Shown: in pieces, positions 57,769 to 64,000 of the stretch
Layout: the number at the start of each line of letters is the position of its first letter
Position numbering within the stretch: position 1 is the stretch's first letter
Origin: Thraustochytrium aureum
Taxonomy: Eukaryota
Direction: 5' to 3'
Assembly (NCBI GenBank): GCA_012862495.1
Contig: BLSG01000157.1
Span: 41,514-105,513 of the forward strand
Length of the DNA stretch: 64,000 bases
Notes under the pieces: model-generated
Database searches by the model: none
What the model saw: only the letters and a program-made list of their open reading frames with translations
What the model was told of the DNA's origin: nothing
Translations under genes and position numbers: made by a program

Positions 57769-58542
57769 TCAAGGCATGACGCGAACGGCCTCAAGGGACT
57801 GCAGCTGAGCTAGTCGCCTCGTGATTGCGGCCTGGGAGGAGCCGGGGCCCGTGCTGAGGATGGGTTCGGAGGCACCGTCGGCTCGAAGGCTGTCCGGAAT
57901 AAGGTACTGCGGCACGTGAACGCTGTCGTCTGCGCCTGGGAGCGCGGCGGGCACGCCTAGTTGCTTGCGTTTCGAGAGCGCGGCGAGGTCTGCGTCAGCC
58001 TTTTCCAGGTCAACCTCGATCTGCTCCAGCTCCGCTTGGTGACGAAGGATCTCCTTGTCGATGTTGCGCATGAGCTTGGCGTTTTTGGCGTTTTGCGCTG
58101 CCAACTCCCTGCGGGCCGACGCGCCGTTAGCTTGTGTTTCGAACCCGCTCGCGCTGCACGGGGCCTAGGCATGGCGAACTTACTTGATTCTCGCAGACAG
58201 GCTCGGGTACCGGTTCGCGTACGGCACGGACGGCATTGGAACGCGCAACGTCGGAAACTCCTCGACAGCGCGGTCGCAAACTAGTGTCAAGTAGCGCAGC
58301 AGCCGCTCTTTGCCGTCATCGTCCAGCTCAGCTGCATCCTCGAGAGTGAGGATGATTGGGCAGACGCCGCGCATGACCGACTCTGCAAAGTCCTCTACGA
58401 GCGGCTGCAGCGCCTTCCAGCTCCTCGATTCCACTTGGTGCTCTTCCCCCTGCTCGCTCCGCTTGCGTCGTCGCGCGCGCGCCCCTGGTTCGCCAACCGC
58501 GTCGCCGTCGCCACGAGCCAATCGCCGTTTGGAGCCCGCCAT
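57769..58542 (-). CDS. CENP-Q/Okp1-like kinetochore protein; exons 58542-58184 and 58108-57769
   Basis: One GTAAGT..CTAAC..CAG intron (58183-58109) joins the two frames. WKALQPLVEDFAESVMRGV..LLRYLTLVCDRAVEEFPTLRVP followed by a coiled coil resembles vertebrate CENP-Q as I recall it. Confidence 0.55.
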
Positions 58543-58799
58543 TTCCGAAACCGCGAGTCAAGCCGGTCTAGCCACTGAGCGCTTCGCCACAGCGCCCGAG
58601 TGCGCTATCCAACCAGCCCCGCGCACAAGCTCCGCAAGCGCGCCCACGCACGCGGACGAGTCTGCACTGCCGATCGCTCGTTTCGCTCTCCCTGTTGGAT
58701 GGATGTTTTTTTTGTTTTTTTGTTTTTTTTGAAAAACGCCCGCCTGCCCGCGAGCCAAACCCAATCCTTGCAGCGCCTTGCAGCCACAGCAGAAGCCGC

Positions 58800-58831
<32 letters not shown>

Positions 58832-59518
58832 ACGAGCCCCCGGCATGCCAACCGCGGCATGCCAACCGCGGCGCAGCGGGCGGGCGCGCTCTGGCGCGTG
58901 GGCGTCGTTGGCCTGAACACGCTCTTGGAATCCAAGCCGTCCAGCGCCGCGCAGCCGCAGCAGAAACAGGTTGTCATCGTCGTCGTCTTCAGCGCCGTCG
59001 TCGGCACGCCAATCGCGGCGTAGTAGCTGGCGGGCGCGGCGCGTTGGGGACATGACGACGACGGCGATTTTTCGGCAAGCCCGGACCTTCCAGCGCGCTG
59101 TACCCGCAGCATAAGTCGGTCGTCGCCGGCGCAAAATCCTCGTCGTGCCTGCTGCGGCGCGCGCCCATGGGCGCTTCAGCTCGGCAGTCAGTCGTGCCGT
59201 GGGACGGACGCTCGGCGCGTGATCAAACAATTGCCCAAAACCACGTTGGCTGAACCTGAAAGCGTTCCGCAAAAGTTTACCGTTACTGCCAGCGAAAGTG
59301 CTGCTCGAGTTGTTGGTGGCAGTGCTGCATGGCTGGGCAGCGAGACGGCCGCGCTGTCATCGAGCAGAGCTTGCCACAATCGGCTAGAGTCGCTTGGGCA
59401 CAGTCACGCACGTGACGAGACACCATCGGGCGATCGATCACCGTCGTGGAGGCGCACAAGCGTGCGCAAAGACACGAGCGACCGCGCACGGGTTGAAGCC
59501 GCAACGGTGGAGCAGACA

Positions 59519-62217
59519 ATGTACGCGACGGCGAGCTATGCGCGCGAAAGCGAGGCGCTCGATGATAACCCCAAGTTTCTGAAGCGCAAGGTGAAGTCTG
59601 GCGTGGTGAGCGCCGATTTTCGCAAATGCGACCTGATCCTGACGTACGAGGTCGAGGCCACCGTGGTCGGCGACAGCGGCCGCGCCATCCAGACAGAGCG
59701 CAAGACGCACAAAAGCGCTCTCGGTGTGAAACTGCATGCGCACACAGACGTCCGCGCGTACGCGCGCCAGCTGGTTGAGTCGCAGGACCTTATCCCCAAC
59801 AACAAAGTCGACCACGTTGAGGATCTCCTGCATCAACTGAAGGAGCACATCCTCGAAGACAGACACCGCGGGGACTCTATGACCAAGATTAAACGCGACG
59901 TCGCAAAACAGAAAAAGGAAGACGAGCGGCGCCGGCGCCGCGAGGAGAAGAAGCGCCTCGAAGAGGAAAAGGCCAAAGAAGAGCAGGCCACGGCCAGCAT
60001 GGACGAGCTTGACGAGTACGTGGAGAAGCTGTACGACGAAGACACCAAGGCCAAGATCCGCGGGACCAGCATGATCCTCCAGCTCGCCAGAGAAGCCGGC
60101 AACCTTGAGGATATGCTGGAGAACGATGGACTCATGGGCGCGTTGTCGCGCACCCTGAAGGAGGACTACAAGAAAAGCACCGAGCTGGCGACAAGCATCA
60201 TGAACGTCTTCGTGTCTTTCAGCACGTTTTCGCAGTTCCACCTGTGCCTGCACGGCTACCAGGTCGGCAACAACTCGATGCAGGTCGTCAAGTGGGAGCT
60301 CGAGCGCTTCGCAGCGCGCCAGCGCGAGATGGAGGTCCTCGAGGAAGTCGCGCTAGCGCAGGCCCGCGGCGAGGACTACGACCCGCGCCGCAAGCACCAT
60401 GGCGAGCCGGTCGACCTCGCGGCGGAGCGGCACAAGACCGAAAAACTGCAGCGCAAGCAAGACAAGCTGCTCGTCGTGAGCCTCCACGTGCTCATCAACC
60501 TTGCCGAGGACGAGAAGGTGGAGAAGAAGATGGCCAAGCGCGGCCTCGTCACCGACATAGCGCGCGTTCTCAGCGGGAGGTCGAGCACGAGCTCCGAGCT
60601 TCTCATCCTGACCGCCACCTTTCTGAAAAAGCTCTCGGTGACGCGGGAAAACAAGGACGAGTTGCTGGAGGTTGGCGTGGTTGAACATCTGTCCAAGTTT
60701 CTTTCCTGCTCGAACGACACGCTGCGCAAACTTGTTCTCTCCGTCCTGTTCAACCTGTCGTTCGACATGCGCGCGAGAGAACAAATGGTCAACCAGTCGA
60801 TGATCCCCGTTTTGGTGGACCTGCTGCAAGAGAAGGCGTTCCGCGCGGTGGCGCTTCGCCTTCTTTACCACTTGTCGATGGACGACAAGAGCAAGTCGAT
60901 GTTTACCTACACGGAGGTGATCCCGTACATGATGCGCATGATGATCGATTTCCCTGCCAACCACGTGGCCAAGGAGCTCGGCGCTCTCGCGATCAACCTG
61001 AGCACGCACGGACGCGTTTGCGCCGCGATGTGCGAGGGCAACGGCTTCAAGCACCTGGCCGAGCGTGCGCTGAAGCGGGGCGACCCGCTTCTCCTAAAAG
61101 TGGTCCGCAACGTCTCCCGCTGGACGCTCCACATGCAGGAGGCGTTGCCAGACCCAGACTCTGACGCGAGACCGAGCTCTCGCGAAAATGACATGAGAGC
61201 GAGTGGCAGTGCCACGGCAAGGCGAACCGCAGAGGAGGAACTTCGGGTTGCCGAGGCAGAGATGCAGGAACGAAAGCAGCGCGCCGCGCGCCAAACGTAC
61301 AAGTACAAGCGCCTCTGGGAGGCGCACTTGCAGGATATTGTCAAGCTTGCAAAAGCGAGCGAGAGCCCTGCCGTAATGGTGGAAGCGCTCGGGACGTTCA
61401 AAAACCTGACGCCGTCGGACTTGCCGCGGGGTACCAGCTTTGCGGATATCATCCTCGAGCACGACCTGGTCGAGTTCCTGCACAAGCACATGCTGCCCGG
61501 GTTTTCGGAGGACGACGTGCTGCTAGAGATCATCATGCTCTTGGGACAGCTCTGTTTGGACCCGGCGGCAGCGAGGGTCCTTGCCACCTCCCCTTTGGTC
61601 AAGCTGACCTACGACCTGCTCCACGAAAAGCGAGATGATGCCGAAATGGTCCTGCAAACCCTGTTCACCTTTCACCGGCTTTTGCGGCACCGGGACACGG
61701 GCCACGCGCTTCTGTACGAGACGCAGATGCCCCGTGATGTGTGCGACCTTCTTCGGTACAAGAACAAGGTTGTCCAGGTCATGGCAGACAACCTCTTGGA
61801 CGTAATCATCGACCACGACGAGGCGAAGAGACTGCGATGACCATCAACAGGCGAATGGCGCGAAAGGCCATGTCCGAGTCGCGAAGGGCTTCGTCCGAGC
61901 AAAAGGGCGCCGCACCGGACGAGGACGAGGAGGACGACGGCATCATGCTCGACCCGAACACGGCAGGTTTTCCGGAGCTGCGCGGCAGTCTTTCCAAGAT
62001 GATTCGAGCAAAGCGGTTCGAGATCCTCAACAAGGAGTGGATCGAGGTTGTCGCGCAGGAGGATTTGGACGACCTGGAGGAAGGAACCGAGCCTGACTTT
62101 GCCGACTCGGGGTCGCCCTCGGCCTACCGAGGGTACACGGTGGGCGGCGCGCACGGGCTGGGCGAGGAGGACTTTTTGGACGAGAGCGACGACGACGACG
62201 AGTCGACAGAGTACTAG
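59519..62217 (+). CDS. KIFAP3: Kinesin-associated protein 3 (kinesin-II accessory subunit); frameshift near 61825
   Basis: Contains KRKVKSG..LILTYEVEATV, LDEYVEKLYDE..KIRGTSMILQLAR and ALSRTLKEDYKKSTELAT, ARM repeats, and C-terminal IRAKRFEILNKEWIE. Confidence 0.95.
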
Positions 62218-62415
62218 CTAGCTACTTACACACAGCCTCTAGCTAGAGAGATCTGCGGTTCGCGACTCGCTACTTGCGGAGTGGGAGCGAGCGGTGCCCG
62301 ACGGTGCTCCTCCGGGCGCAAGCACGCGGGCGGGTCTTCGCCCGTTCCAAAGAAACACGCTCGGCACTGCACCAACAAAAATAACAGAGGTTTACCATTT
62401 CAACAAACAAAGCGC

Positions 62416-64000
62416 TCACGCCTCGACAACGGAAGCGGGCAACGGCGACGATCGCCCACTCCCTCCACTCGCCTCGCCCAACGACCCAGGCGCTGCTGGC
62501 GTTGCCATTGGCGGAGCAATATAGTCCCACTGAGAGAAAGATGGCGTGCGCGCCCCGAAAGCTGACGCAGTATTCGGCGCGCGGTCAGACTGCCCGCGTC
62601 GGCGCGTCTTGGGCCTCGTCGGGCCGGTCAAGACCTCTTGCGAGACCTGCAGATTCTCGTCAATCGGCGAGCGCGTGAAGGAGCCGTGAAAGTTTTGCGT
62701 GTCGAACCCGACCGCGCTGTTGGGCGCGCGCTCCGAAGCTGCACCGGCGCAGGGCGGGCGCTTGCACTAGCCAAGTTTTTCCAATCCACGGATGCGAAGA
62801 ATGCGTGGCGCGTCAGCTCTGCAAAGCCTCCCTGTAGAGAGGAGCCAAGCCGAAGCTCGGGATTGCGACACAAAAGCCTCCTGATGATGTCCTTGGCAGA
62901 GGTGGAGAGGCGCGAGCCGGAGGGAAACGCGAGCGGGCGGTTCAGAATTGCCTCGCACATACGCTCCATGTTGGTGTGGTGGAATGGCGCATGGCCACAC
63001 AGCAGGTCAAACATGAGCGTTCCAAGACTCCAATAGTCTATTGAAAAGCCATAGCCGTTCCCGGTGCGCCCCCCATGGCGGATCATTTCAGGCGCGATAT
63101 ACGCCGGAGTCCCGCAAATGGATCGCGCCCCGCGCCACTCGCCAACCTGGGGCGCCGCGAGCCCAAAGTCTGCGAGGCGGATGTGGCCGAGCGCGTCCAA
63201 GAGTACATTTTCGCTTTTCAGGTCGCGGTATGCGACGTTGTGACGGTGGAGGTGGTTGAGAGCGCAGGCGATCTCGCTGCAGTAAAAGCGGACCTGCGCT
63301 TCGTCGAACCGGTTGGCCTTTTCAAGATGGTAAAAGAGCTCCCCACCCGGGCAAAACTCGCTGACAATGCACAAGTAGTCTGGCGTCTGGAAAGCGTGCT
63401 CCAGCCCCAGGATGAACGGATGGGCCCCACACTCTAACATGACGCGCTTCTCGTCGTTGACGAGCCGCTGCTTTCGCGCGGAGACGAGCTTGCGCTTTGG
63501 CAGGATCTTGATTGCGCAGGCCCCGCCCGTTGCGCGCCGCGCGAGGAAGACCTTGCCGAACGAGCCTTTGCCCACGAGCGAGAGCAGCTTGTACTGGCCG
63601 ATGTGGGTCTCGACTCCGCCGTCTGCGCTCTTGACGCGGCGGATCGACTCTGGCTCAGAGTAGCGCCTGGTCGCCGAGTGCTCCACGAACCGGTCAACGC
63701 CTGAGTCGCGCTGGCCCGAGCTGCCGCTGCTTCGGGCCCCCAGGATGACGATGCGCCTGGAGCTGCATCGGCGCTGTGCGGCCGCGATGGCTGATCCGAT
63801 GAGGCAGTGCTGGATCCAGGGCTCTGCTCGGCCTGGCGCGGGAGCCTGAGAGGGCGCAGCTTGTTCCGCCGCGCGCCGAAGAGGCTCTTCAGCAAGCTCG
63901 GCTTCTTCTGCGCCTGCCCCGGTTTGCTCGCCGCGTGCGGCGCCGCAGCCCCGGTCGCCCTCGCTTCAAACAGCGCCTCGTCCCTCTTCGCCTTGCGCAC
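62416..64000 (-). CDS. AGC-family Ser/Thr protein kinase (AKT/SGK/S6K-like); 5' end outside window, frameshifts near 63690 and 62765
   Basis: Contains GKGSFGKV, AIKIL, GGELFYHL, YRDLKSENVLLD, DFGLA and CGTPAYIAPE. AGC tail with NF and hydrophobic-motif-like FSQWDY in the 62416-62631 frame. Confidence 0.92.

Noticed and set aside
6780..63700. Frequent frameshifts in conserved genes, suggesting programmed frameshifting, RNA editing or mass pseudogenisation
   Set aside because: The shifts I inspected mostly fall in homopolymer runs and go both ways: a missing A at about 19033 and 19232, an extra A at about 48396, an extra base at about 39660. There is no shared slippery motif and essential genes are affected. 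This fits flow-based sequencing error.
206..64000. Numerous long antisense or overlapping ORFs in the six-frame track, such as 25475-27286, 39726-41597 and 40522-42570
   Set aside because: These are shadow ORFs expected from high GC3 and from reading through N runs and microsatellites. They carry no recognisable domains.

Overview
This is a gene-dense, GC-rich, intron-poor eukaryotic scaffold with many N gaps and many single-base homopolymer indels. It is not prokaryotic. It has spliceosomal introns (GTAAGT/GTACGT donors, CTAAC/CTGAC branch points) and flagellar genes (CEP131, DNAAF5/HEATR2, KAP3), which suggest a flagellated protist, plausibly a thraustochytrid or labyrinthulomycete stramenopile (inference). 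Recognisable genes are RRP9, DXO/Rai1, CEP131, a TM-RGS protein, NSE3/MAGE, a USP deubiquitinase, a BMT2-like methyltransferase, a ChrR-type cupin, ZNF598/Hel2, MRS2, a SnoaL-SDR fusion, a P4-ATPase flippase, a PDZ/uDENN protein, DNAAF5, a CENP-Q-like protein, KAP3 and an AGC kinase. Four signals stand out. (1) A tandem paralog pair shares a PAS-like domain, and one copy shows the second half of a fungal-type Zn2Cys6 cluster. (2) An array of five hairpin-forming repeats at 31.3-31.7 kb lies between a divergent XPA-C-like gene and a secreted Cys-rich gene. (3) There is a CENP-Q-like kinetochore gene. (4) Several enzymes look bacterial, including a ChrR cupin with a mitochondrial-type presequence. 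All family calls come from motif recognition by eye; no searches were run.
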